From: Catajapyx aquilonaris
Taxonomy: Eukaryota
Reading direction: 5' to 3'
DNA length: 64,000 bases
Assembly: GCA_000934665.2 (NCBI GenBank)
Contig: KZ537965.1
Span: 186,001 to 250,000 of the forward strand
Both the position numbers and the translations under genes were made by a program. A model generated the notes under the pieces. The model was not told where the DNA came from and did not search any database. It worked only from the letters and a program-made list of their open reading frames with translations. Below, piece by piece: positions 1 to 10,854 of this stretch; the first letter of the stretch is position 1, and every line of letters begins with the position of its first letter.

Positions 1-56
1 TGTCCGTGTGAAACCCGTTGCCCAGACGCCGCCTGAAATGTCTTGTCTCGTTGCAG

Positions 57-1910
57 CGGAAATGCGACATGTACTGGCCGAAGGAAGGTGCTGAGACGTA
101 TGGAGTCATCCAGGTGAAGCTAATCAAAGAGGACGTCCTGGCCACGTACACAGTCCGAACGCTGCAGATCAAACACTTAAAAGTAAGTTATTTCACGCAC
201 TTTACCGATTCTGCGTTACTCAACTCATGTGTTTCCAGCTGAAGAAAAAGAAACACGGCCAGAGTGAGCGTGTGATTCAACAGTATCACTACACGAACTG
301 GCCGGATCACGGCACACCGGACCACCCTCTCCCAGTGCTCAGCTTTGTCAAGAAGTCCTCTCTGGCCAACCCTCCTGACGCTGGGCCAATTATCGTCCAC
401 TGCAGTGCTGGAGTCGGCCGAACGGGAACTTACATAGTCTTGGACGCCATGCTGAAACAGATCCGTGCCAAGGGGGAGCTCAACATCTTCGGGTTTCTAA
501 GGCACATACGCACACAGCGTAACTTCCTGGTTCAGACGGAGGAGCAGTATGTCTTCATCCACGACGCACTTCTCGAGGCCATCCAAAGCGGGGAGACCAA
601 CGTGGACCAAGCATACCTTCCGCGCTACCTTCTAGGTCTGCAGTCGTCACTGCCAGACGCTGCACCGGAGGTGGAGAAACTGGCCGAGCCATGGAGGCTA
701 CTAGAGATTCAGTTCAAGCTGGTCACCTCCTTTCAGGCAAGTCGTCAACTACTTTCCCTGCAGTGCGGACCATTAATGCGACGCTTGAATTCCAGGCGAG
801 AGACTTCCACCAGCCGTCTGCACTGAAGGCGTGCAACTTGACCAAGAACAGGAATCTGGATCTGCTTCCGGTTGAGAGCGCAAGGGTGCATCTCACGCCT
901 AAGCCTGGGATCGAAGGGAGCGATTACATCAACGCGACCTGGCTTCAGGGGTTCAGCAGGCTAAGAGAGTTTGTGGTCACGCAGCATCCACTGGAATCCA
1001 CAATTCAGGACTTCTGGCAGATGGTCTGGGATCATAACGCGCAAACAGTCGTCATGCTCAGCTCGGTTGACGAACAGGTGCGAATCGTTGCGTTTCGTTT
1101 CCTTGAATTGTGCTAACCGTTTTGCGTCTTTTCCATTAGGAGTACTGCATGTTCTGGCCGACGGAGCACGAAGACATCGACAGTGAATACTTCCGTGTCA
1201 AATTCATCTCTGAGACAGACCACGTCGGATATGTGACGCGGGATTTCACAGTCCAGTCCCTCCAGGATGACTATGAGCTGACAGTGAGGCTGATCCAGTG
1301 TCCCGGCTGGCCGCACCTTTGTACCCCACTAACCGCCCTCTTCGACCTGCTCAAGATGGTCCAGGAGTGGCATCTCGAGTACCAAAACGGACCAATCATA
1401 GTCATGGACAGGTAATTGCACCGCAGCACATTCGCTATGCGGCATATTCACTAATTGCGTCTTCATGACAGGTACGGTGGGACTGAAGCGGCCACGTTCT
1501 GCTGCCTGACGACCCTAATGAAGCAGTTGGATCTGGAGCATCATGTCGATATCTACATGTATGCGAAGCTCTACCACTTCAGGCGGCCTGGAATTTGGCG
1601 CTCACAGGTACAGAAATATTTGCTAACAAATTCAACTAGTTGCTGACAAATGTATTTTTTCCAGGACGACTACCTCCTGCTGTACCGTGCCACCGAGTCT
1701 CTCATCTCCCTTTCGGGCCATCCGACCCCCCTGATCGGCTCCGAACCTCCCGAGGTGTACCTCAACTTGAACGGCCACCTCAACGGTTACGTCACCACCG
1801 TCACCAACGGCAATGGACATGTTGTCAGTGGGAACGGAATAGTGCGGGTCCCTCCGGATGGAATGGAGACGGCAGTCATGCTCTCGCCAGGTGGAGAGAC
1901 ACAGGCTTAA
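57..1910 (+). CDS. Ptp99A: Receptor-type protein tyrosine phosphatase, Ptp99A / PTPRG-PTPRZ-like; 5'-partial (end of D1, all of D2, C-tail; 519 aa in window)
   Basis: Exons 57-182, 239-736, 796-1077, 1140-1411, 1472-1607, 1665-1910 (TAA) join in phase (1560 nt). D1 has KCDMYWP, the WPD loop (YTNWPDHG), HCSAGVGRTG and the Q-loop QTEEQY. D2 has DYINA, QHPL, DFWQMVW and IIVMDRYGG, with Asp in place of the catalytic Cys as is typical of this subfamily. Introns are 56-62 nt. Confidence 0.93.
737..795 (+). other. GC-AG intron (59 nt) of the phosphatase gene
   Basis: CAG|GCAAGT donor and TTCCAG|GCG acceptor. It is a phase-0 join of ORF 227-826 to ORF 691-1116, reading ...VTSFQ|ARDFH. Confidence 0.85.
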
Positions 1911-3920
1911 AGACACATTGAAAGAGCCTAAGACTCTCTGGTGAGAAAAAAAAAATAATGGAAGCAATATTGATCTCTCTTCTCAAACACAGCACTTAAC
2001 CCAACCCCAGCACATTTTACGTCGCAATGTTTTTTCGTCTCCCCCACCACCAGAAAGGCCAATTTTACTGATTTTATAGCCGCGAGTGACTTTTTTTTGT
2101 GTCGAGAAGGAAAGGATGAAACTCAGGGTATGAACTTTGCCACCGATCAAATAGCGCGTGACTTTTAAAGGAAGACTATTAAAACAAGGCGTGTTAGTGT
2201 GTGCATGTGTGTGCGTGTGAATGTGTGGCTTCAGAGTAATTCACTGCAGCTGTTTTCGGTGTGTGATTTTTTGTTTTATAAGAAAAAAAATTGCTGGCAG
2301 TTGAATGTTGTTAGGCAGGAAAATGAGACGCGGCATTCATTTTAAATTTTTTCCTTCCCCGAATCCCTCGCATACCCCCCCGAAAATCATATGTGTTTGA
2401 TAACTATATGAAAAGAAAGAAAAAAAAACAATCCGATTTTTCACCGGGATACCGTCGTCAAATTTTTGTAATTGTACATATTGTAATAACTCCACCTTTT
2501 AGCGTTTTAAACATACGTGTTTTACACGTGTGAATGAGTGAAAGGATGGGGAAAAATTTTGCCAACTTGTTTTCGAGATTGTGACACGTCCAAAATATGT
2601 GTTTGTTTTTAGTGCATGCGTATACCAAAGAAGGATCTTGGTTCAGATCTCTGTTTTTTAAAAAATGTGTGACCCGCTCCTAAATTGCCCCTCCTTTTTT
2701 TAATAAGAAAAAAAAAAAGGAAGAGGAACATAACTTGCACTCTGTTATTCTCGATGTAACTCGTGTTTTCTCTGGCCACAGGTTTTGAAGGAAAAAAATA
2801 ACATGCTTCGCACACTTTGCCGCATCTGCTACCGGAACATTTCTAGTCATTCACCGAACGGTGAATCAAAAAGATTTAAAAAAACGAGGGACAAGTTACA
2901 GCTTTACCCTTCAAACCAACCAAAGGCATTTAAATGCGAATGAGGCAAAGTGTGGGCAGCTTTAATTAATTTCAAAGCCGTATTTCTAATGTGTTACCGC
3001 TCATATTGAGCACCCGAATCCATTCCCAACCATACTAATTTCGCTGCATTTTCTCACTGTATTTACACCCCCACGAAAAATTCATTCCGTTTTTTCCAGT
3101 AGTCAAAATGCTGACCCCAAAAAAAAATTTAATATACCGTTCCAAAAACAAAAACTACCAGTACAAAAAAATACAAAAAAATAGTTTGCACTTTTTCCGT
3201 TCATCCCCCAACTCAATTATTTTTCTTTTAAAATTTTTCTTGGTGCACGTCAAATCGAACCCAGTGTTCACGATATGAGACTGAATGTCTGCAAAGCATT
3301 GCATGGAAAAAAAATATATTAAAAAATAGACATAACTAATATGAAGTAAAAAAAAAAAAATTTGGAGATTAGTTTTTGAGTAAAGTGGAAATAATGAAAA
3401 AAGTGCGCATCTTTTTTGCCAGTGTAAAGTAACAGATAAGTGTGTTCCAGTGGTGTAATATTTCTTTTTTCCTTTTGACTTGTTTTTTAAAATAAAAAAT
3501 TGAGAATTGCGAGTTTGTGAAAAGGGGGGGGGTGGTATAAAAAAAAATCATGTACAGCGATTGAAGAAGAAAAAAACCAACAACAATTTGTATATAAGTG
3601 TGAGTGGCTTTGTATCAGTTAGGTCGCTCCCTGTAACTTGTGTGGAAATGTTCCTAGTGGCCAATATATTCTAGTAATATTTGTACAGAGTGGACAAACA
3701 AACAAAAAAAAAACATCGCAAAAAAAAAATGGACAAATTTTTTCATCCAGGGTCATCATGTAGGCTAAATGAAGAAAAAAAAAAAAACAGCAGACCATCT
3801 TTTCTGTAAGATTATCAAACTCACCAAAAATCTGCTAATAAAGACAGCTTTCTTTGTGACTCAAAAAAAAAGACCTGATTCTACAAAAAAAATAAAAATG
3901 TGTACACAAGAAAATATTTC
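1911..3920 (+). other. Probable long AT-rich 3' UTR of the phosphatase gene
   Basis: Non-coding A/T-run-rich sequence after the stop codon. AATAAA at 3891 (others at 4419, 4591). TGTAHATA motifs at 2473 and 3589. The end point is inferred. Confidence 0.55.
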
Positions 3921-4073
3921 CCATTGGATCCCCCCCATTTGGAATGTGTCGAATTGGGTTACACTTTTTGGCACTACAATATTGGTCCCCACTTTTATCA
4001 CACTCTTTTTCCAGTTCAGTTGTGTCTGTGCTGTAGTCAAGTTGTGTTCTCTTGAAGGTGTACAGTAACAAAA

Positions 4074-4164
4074 ATGGAGTCATCTGGAGACGAACCGACA
4101 CATGGAATCCGGAAGGATCCACCTTCGACTTCCGAGAGCCGCAGCAAGCGACGTCGCTCTGAAG
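4074..4164 (+). CDS. Candidate first coding exon of an unannotated small ORF (MESSGDEPTHGIRKDPPSTSESRSKRRRSE)
   Basis: GC-rich island inside AT-rich DNA, with an AAAAATGG start context, a strong AAG|GTAAGG donor and an Inr-like TCAGTT at 4016-4021. No homolog recognised. Confidence 0.3.
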
Positions 4165-4791
4165 GTAAGGTCTGCGGAAATTACAACGAATAACTTGTCT
4201 TGCGGAAAAAATGCAGGCAGAATTAGTGTTGCTAATTGCGTTTTTTTAGTGTGCTGTGAGTGTTTCTTCGACTAATCACGATGCAAAGGGGTAATGGGTA
4301 AAGGAAAATGCATTAGTTGGTCTCATGTCCTCTTTTTTTTTTTTTTTAATAGTACTCAACTAAAAAGACACGAGGAAAACAACAACAGCTTTTCATCACT
4401 GCTTTTTTCACCCCCCCGAATAAACCGGCTTGGTTTCAGGCCAGTTTCCGCCAAACAAAAAAAAACGGTCCTAATAATTCGATCCCCCCAAAAAAAATCC
4501 AAGAGCCGGACGCCACAATTAAATTCGTCCCGCAACATTTCATAACATCGCAACAACTACTTTCATACATTTAAACAATGAAGGGTGGTCAATAAAGAAG
4601 TGCAACAGTTATTGCAGAGAGATGCCACATCCTGAAGGTATATTATTAGCAGGAGGCCAAAAAAAACCATTTTAAGGTGGGGGGAAGATAAAAATTAAAA
4701 ACATTTTCTGGTTAAATCAGCTGGGTTATATCGATGCAATGTGCCGCACTAAACAACGTGGATGTAATACCTAATTACAGAAGAGATTTTC

Positions 4792-4804
4792 NNNNNNNNN
4801 NNNN
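4792..4804. other. Assembly gap (N run); another at 33933-33935
   Basis: Run of n characters, followed a few bases later by a G tract. Confidence 0.95.
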
Positions 4805-5802
4805 GGTGGTGGGGGGGCAGTCGTACGACTAGAAAAGCGTCGGAAGAAACGACTGTGTAACCATCGATATGGACAGTTCAAAACGGTGTGGCGTTTTAAC
4901 GTGCGGATTAAATAACAAAGATGCAGGCAACCTACGGCAACAGCGTTATTAGCACACTATCTAAACCGCACCAGATGCCTAAGTGCTCTTCTTTTTTTTT
5001 TGCCCTCCGTAAGTGATGCGACATGTAAGCAATATCTCCTTCCAACTTTATCGTAAACCACACCATCGCAACAAGATAATATTCTTTTTTAACAGACGCT
5101 CGCAATTCCCTCGACGATTCGATTCGGTAACTTGATTTTCAAAAATCCAAATCGTTAAGCCGGGCAATTACTTTTGTAACAGTGGATTTGATAACATTTT
5201 CTATACACACGGTCCCAATAATTTAAGTGAACCTTCCTTTTTCATTGTGAGGCCCACTTTTTTTTTCCCCATACGTACAGTATGTACAAGTGGTATTCCA
5301 TTAAATGGATCAATCTAGAATGTTGGCACAGATGATCGTCTTAATAAACCAATTTGTGTCGTCATGCATTAATGTTGTCCAAAATGGAGATATAACATAC
5401 AATGAAAATTTGCTCGGGTAAGTAAATCTGAATTTCTGCTTGCAATAAACATTTTTTTCAATGCAGCTGCCGTGACAAAATGATCCCGTCGAGACTCAAA
5501 CTCACTCGTAATTAACACTTGATCTGGCATAAACAAAAAAAAACCCGTTTTCCTACGTTCCCGGCCACAAAAAAATCTTGTTCTCCTTCCCTTCGCGGTT
5601 CACTGGAAAAAAGAGTGACATCGAACACAAAATGTGTAGAACACCGACTTTTATGCTATGGGAATACCATTAATACTGGCTTCTTCCTTTTTTTAAACTT
5701 TAAACAATGATCTCGCTCTCCTCTCGATTTACTCCTTCAAGCCCTACCTGTGAGATTTTTTCTCGAAAAAAATTTCACAAAAAAAGAGCTGCGTCTCCTC
5801 CG

Positions 5803-8800
5803 TTAACCGCAAGCCGCCCTGAACTTGACCCGATCCACAAACTCCTGAGGGACGCCGACCTCGAGGAGCTTTGCCTTGGAGGAGGCGTCAATGGAATATT
5901 GGGAGTAGTGCAGCATGGCCTCCCAGCACAGCTCCTTCAGCTTCGGAACAGTCAGCCAGATCTTGTAAACGTCAGAGGTCCGCGTGTTCTGGCGGATCTC
6001 GGTCACCCCTCCAAACAGGTACATGCAGCCGGACTGCAGACGGAAAGCGGAACATTAGTAATCATTGCAGGACAAGGAACACGATGGCTCACGCAAATCG
6101 GAAGAATCTTAAAAATTTTCTGATTATGCCGAATTGACAATCGAGGTTTTTATTACTGTTGCAATTTATACGCAATCAATACAAATGGAGCAGGTCAATG
6201 CCGTTCAACCGATTACCGGCATCTGAAGCTGAGGCTTTGCAATTCATCAAATTTTTGTCGATCCGCATGTTTTGGGAACCGGCGATATTCACGTGGTGCG
6301 GACTGTAATGGGGTGACATTTTGGCATACAAAGTATGCCGCAAGAAGCTATAAACACGTAAGACACATGTAACACAACAATCTTGGAAGGCCGCCAAGTT
6401 CATACACCCGTGTCTAAATAAAGACCAGTAAATTTTAACGGTCGACACGCTCCAATAGTTTTGCCACAGGAAATATTAAACCCTTTGCTCAGAATGCAAT
6501 TCGTAAAAAAAAAAAGGCTTGAACAATTTCCTTCAAGCATTCGTATCTCATAAAAAAAACCATTCGGTCAAAATTCCAAGTCCGACTTGCAGGACACAAT
6601 GAGGCATGACAAAAATGCCGGCTAATTTCCTGCTTGGAATTCTTTCGGGTTGCAAAAAGGTTGCGCAATGCCCACCAAAAATATCCTCCCTCCCTCTTCC
6701 AATTGTCCCGCAGTCTAATGAACGTGGCACTGGAGCAAGCCCAGCATTGCATAATTATTCCAAGGGCCGTCTCTTCCCACCTAATGCGGAATAAGGAAGC
6801 CAGCAATGAAGCTTACGGGCGTGATGGTCGTGGCATGAAAGAAGACCGGCTGGGGCATGGGCTGCGGAAGGCGCCGCCAGCACCTGGAACGCAGGTTCAG
6901 GCACCACACGTCCGGGAATATCAGGGTGCCGTTGTAGCCGCCGCATATGTACACATCTGCCAAGAGGAAAGCCGCATTAGATGTATCAGAAGAACAGCAG
7001 GCACATGTTAAACGTACCGTCTCCAAACTGGACGCACCCGTGGCACCTCCGTGGGGCTGGAAACTCCCCGTTAGACGGATCGGGCTGGGTGGGGACATAC
7101 TCCCAGCGCATGGATTGCGTGCAGAATGCAGGTACATTGTCGAGAGGATAGGCGTGGTTGGCAGTACCGCCACCAAGGACAAATATCCTTCGACCATCGA
7201 AAGCAACCTCGTGCCTGTAGCGCGCTAGAGGCTCTTCGTCCTCCTCCGGTGGTCCCACGTAGAGCTCCTCCCAGCGGCGCTGACTCAGCGACAGACGGTG
7301 CACATCCAGCGAGTACTCGTAGCCGGTGGTACCCCCGACGGTATAGAAGTTCCCGTCGTTCAGGAGAACCGCCTGACCGTACTGGGCCAGTGGGGCTGCA
7401 TCGGTCTTGTTGGCGCCTTCAGCCGGCTCCTCCACCTTTTTTAAAAAATGAAACAGGGTCAATTATGCATCCAAATATAGCTGAACATCAAGACGCACCT
7501 CGACCTCAGACCAGGTCAGCGTGCGCAGGTCGCACATGCGCAGACGATTGCTGCTGTTCATCCCAAAAGGTACCCCCGTCCCGCCGTACACAAGCATGGT
7601 GCGCCCTTGCAGAAGAGCCGTGTGAGAGGCCAGCTCCTCTGGCATGGTCCCGTTCGTCTGGAGCAGGGTCCACCGGCCGGTAGCCAGGTTGAGCCACCAG
7701 AGCTCCTTGAAGAGTGGACGGCTGTCTTTCCACACCAGGTCGTCCGCCATGTCCGGGTCGTCCTCCTGGATCGATGGGTTGTACCCGCCAAACGAGAAGA
7801 CCTCGGCGTCATTGCACACAATGCGATGTCCACTCCGGGGCTTTGGCATACGTGGCGGAAAGCCTGAAAAGTGCGGATCATTCATCGCAATCATAAACTG
7901 AAGTTAACCAACAGCTTTCGAGTACAAACCTAAACGACTTTCATTAATGTCATCTGTGCAGTAATCATGAGAGGATTACATTATGTGAGGTAATGCCATT
8001 GGGTTGGTTATAGAAGTGCGGCCAGTGCCTTAATTGATTCAAGGTTGCTCCCAAGCTGCCTTCTGACAAGTGGGTGCGATTTAGATTTACTAGAGTTACA
8101 TCACGGCATGTAAATACCATCCCGGTGATGTCAAGCTGCGGACAAGTCGCCAGATAATATCATAACGGCCGTGGCAATCTAGAAGTCAAGTCGATGCAAA
8201 ACTATGCAGATCACATTTGGATCGTCCTGCCAAAGAGGTGACTAATTGCTCCGATATGCACCGCACATGGTGAGGACAGCTGAGAATGTTACGTTCCATT
8301 GTTCCCCCAACAAAATATGCTGATGTTGATAGTCCACGGCTTGCGGAATGAGGCCGTGGGAATCCTTCGAGTTGTGTAAGCTTCAACTGATAATGCCAGC
8401 AATGCCAGATAATGCCACAGTGTGGCATGTAAAGGGCGCTCGTAGAAATTGCATTGCGACACTCGTACAAGGCAAAAGTTTCCACACTTTCCACATGTTT
8501 TCAAAAAAGCTGGAGGCAAAAGTCTGCTCTATCAAAACCTGTTCCTGTCGCATAATTACACTATTGTGCAGATATCAGTCTAGTCATCATAATTACTCGT
8601 CTAGTCTAGCCGTCATAATCACATTACGTAATGCAACAGCTGAAACATTTCCTCCCTTTTTTTACTACAAGCCGATTAATTCCTTTCCCATTATATGAAT
8701 GCTGTCTGTTCTAGGATTACACTAGACTTTCAAGGTCACACATGGCTTCAGCAGCGTGAATGGCCCAAGAGCACGCCAAGATCAACACGGACGGTCGAAC

Positions 8801-9842
8801 GAGACATTCGGAGGGCACCGCTAATTGCAATTGCCCATAATGGCAGTAAAATTAACCAGCCTTTCAGCTCCAGCTTCGTACAACATTTTGCTAAAGCCGC
8901 AGACTCTTGCGAGGCATTATTAGCGTGAACCTTTTAAAATAATTTACTAGAACGGCTTATTATAATTCATATAATCGCATTAGAGCATACAAGTAATCGC
9001 ATGACATAACACTCCATATCTAATTAAAGATTACGTTCGTACAGTACAGGGCGATCTACTATAATAGCTTAAGATGCAGTGATTTAATAGTTTAAACTAG
9101 TAATCGCATCTGATCTGACAACATTACGTCCGTACAGTCCAGAACAATGTACCAGTGCTGTAAGTAACTAATTTACAAGTACGCCTAATTACAATTCATA
9201 TAAGGTCGCATTAGAACGTACCAGTAATCATTAACAATAACAGTCCATATCTTACGACTGTACAGTACAGGGTGATCAATAGCCTGAAATCCAGGGATTT
9301 AAAAATTGTTTAAAAGGCGACAAGTGCAGCTAATTACAATACATGTACGTAGTCGGTCAGCCGATATCTGATTACATATTATGCCTGTACAGTACAGGAC
9401 AATGTTAGTAATGACTAATGAGTGTAAGTAAAATAATATTTGAATTACACGGTTATACCGCAGTGTCGCCAACACCTCCCAGGCTTACCAACCAAGAAAA
9501 GGTACGCAGCTGTTGACAATATAAACGGCTGTAATCTAATTGCGCTACGTACAGTACATGCAAACCCTTATCAGACCAGGTCTCTCTCCGGCTGCGGTGA
9601 ACCTGACAACAAGGAAAGGTCGTTATGCTGTGGATGATGGTATTGTTGTTACCAGTATTGTTGTCGTGGTCTCCGCAGCAGTCGACCCTGAGGAACCTGC
9701 ATGGCCTGAAGACGTAGGGCTCGTCCTCCTGACCCCCCGACCCTTTGGAGGTCCTGCTGCTCATCCTGGAGGACCTCTTGTTCCCTCTGGATGAGGAGCC
9801 TCCGGGGAACCTGTTCCGCAGGCTGCAAGACGAGGCGGACAT
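5803..9842 (-). CDS. KLHDC10: Kelch domain-containing protein 10 homolog (slim / scruin-like at the midline), CRL2 substrate receptor, about 447 aa
   Basis: Exons (-) 9842-9653, 7863-7499, 7435-7018, 6956-6817, 6033-5803 (TAA) total 1344 nt in phase with GT-AG introns. Motifs: YVFRP, PKPRSGHRIVC..FSFGGYNP, ELASH..VYGGTGVPFG, YGQA..VGGTTGYEYSLDVHRL, RYRHEVAFDG..LGGG, PAPRRCHGC, P.PVFFHA. The C-terminus has a BC-box VPKLKELCW and a cullin-box-like LLEVGVP. The start codon and exon 1 donor are less certain than exons 2-5. Confidence 0.9.
8943..9560. repeat. Degenerate tandem duplication in KLHDC10 intron 1
   Basis: About 8943-9056 aligns by eye with about 9172-9277 (aattcatataa..tcgcattaga..agtaatc..ataaca.tccatatct..gtacagtacaggg.gatc). 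TACAGTMCA recurs near 9039, 9133, 9260, 9388 and 9550. Confidence 0.65.
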
Positions 9843-10199
9843 CTTGCAGTTTGTGGCAGTGCAGGCAGCTGCTGTCCCCCCAGCCCAACAACCGACCACG
9901 GCCACCCAGCCAGCCAGCCAGCCCCCCCAGTCTCCAACGAGAGAGGCCACGGCGCACTCTGGGCCACGCCGGTTACGCAACCCTGCCAGCGGATTGTTCA
10001 AAAGGAGCGCTCCTCGGGATTTTTTGGAGGGGTCCGGGGAGGAAAGGGTTGCCGGGTCCAAATAAAAAATATTAGACAAACACACACTTTCAGGGGGGTT
10101 GGTATAGATACTGAACATGTGTTTATTGACATGCGATTTCCAAGGTACTTCTGTTACATGAAATCTGGCAACTCTGCCCCGGACGTAGTACTATATGTG

Positions 10200-10310
10200 G
10201 CACATAGATGGCACGGGTTTCCACAGTCCAAATGACGTCACGTTCAGCCCCGCCTCCACATCATGTCCTGCGCATGAGCAGAAAACACGGATGGTGTGAC
10301 GTCATATCGT
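10200..10310 (-). promoter_or_regulatory. Probable KLHDC10 promoter: two CRE palindromes and an NRF1/Ewg-like site
   Basis: TGACGTCA at 10233-10240 and 10297-10304, and TGCGCATGAGCA at 10269-10280, about 400 bp upstream of the ATG. Confidence 0.55.
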
Positions 10311-10426
10311 TCTTTGGTTTAACGGAATGATCAGATCAAAAAATTTACTAGAGCATCAACCATATTTTGAATGGTTAGCATTATCAGTGATTTCTGGTAA
10401 GCGTCTGCTTCTGTACAGTGGTTGCG

Positions 10427-10648
10427 TAGGTGGGCACAGCTAACTTTCGATAACAGCTAACTTTCTCAGAAAAACCATGGACATCACCAAATCGTTAATT
10501 CTTAACAGCTAGAAAGGTTAGTGGAAACCCCCCCTAATCATTCTAGCTGTTTAGCAGTAGCAATTTAGCGCCGCCCATGGTTTACTAGCCGAATTAGCTG
10601 TTAGCGGAAGTTAGCTGAGCTAAAAATTTCGGTTAGCTTGCCCAGCTG
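10427..10648. mobile_element. MITE-like element (hAT-like ends) with AGCTAA subterminal repeats
   Basis: Left TAGGTGGGCACAGCTAAC versus right GTTAGCTTGCCCAGCTG (imperfect TIR). AGCTAA motifs lie mostly in the left half and TTAGC mostly in the right half. No clear TSD. Confidence 0.55.
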
Positions 10649-10854
10649 GGTAAGGTAAGTATAATCCAGCTGCACTTATTTCCAATGCTACGCTTGGGGA
10701 ACTTGTTTATTGCGACGTTGCCAATGTTCTAGAACTAACCTATATGGGGAGTAACTCTGGCAACTGTGTCACAACAGAGCAGCTGCGCGAATGAGGGTGC
10801 GTACTGGGTTAAGCGCGTTAAAAAAATTCGTTTATACACATTATAGTAAACCCG

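Noticed and set aside
7126..7683. 185-aa plus-strand ORF and other overlapping ORFs at 5707-7900
   Set aside because: Antisense shadows of GC-rich KLHDC10 exons.
9601..9603. Alternative KLHDC10 exon 1 donor CAG|GTTCAC
   Set aside because: It is phase 0, incompatible with the phase-1 acceptor at 7863; the donor at 9652 fits.
9745..10065. 106-aa plus-strand ORF
   Set aside because: Antisense to KLHDC10 exon 1 and leader, non-ATG start, low complexity.
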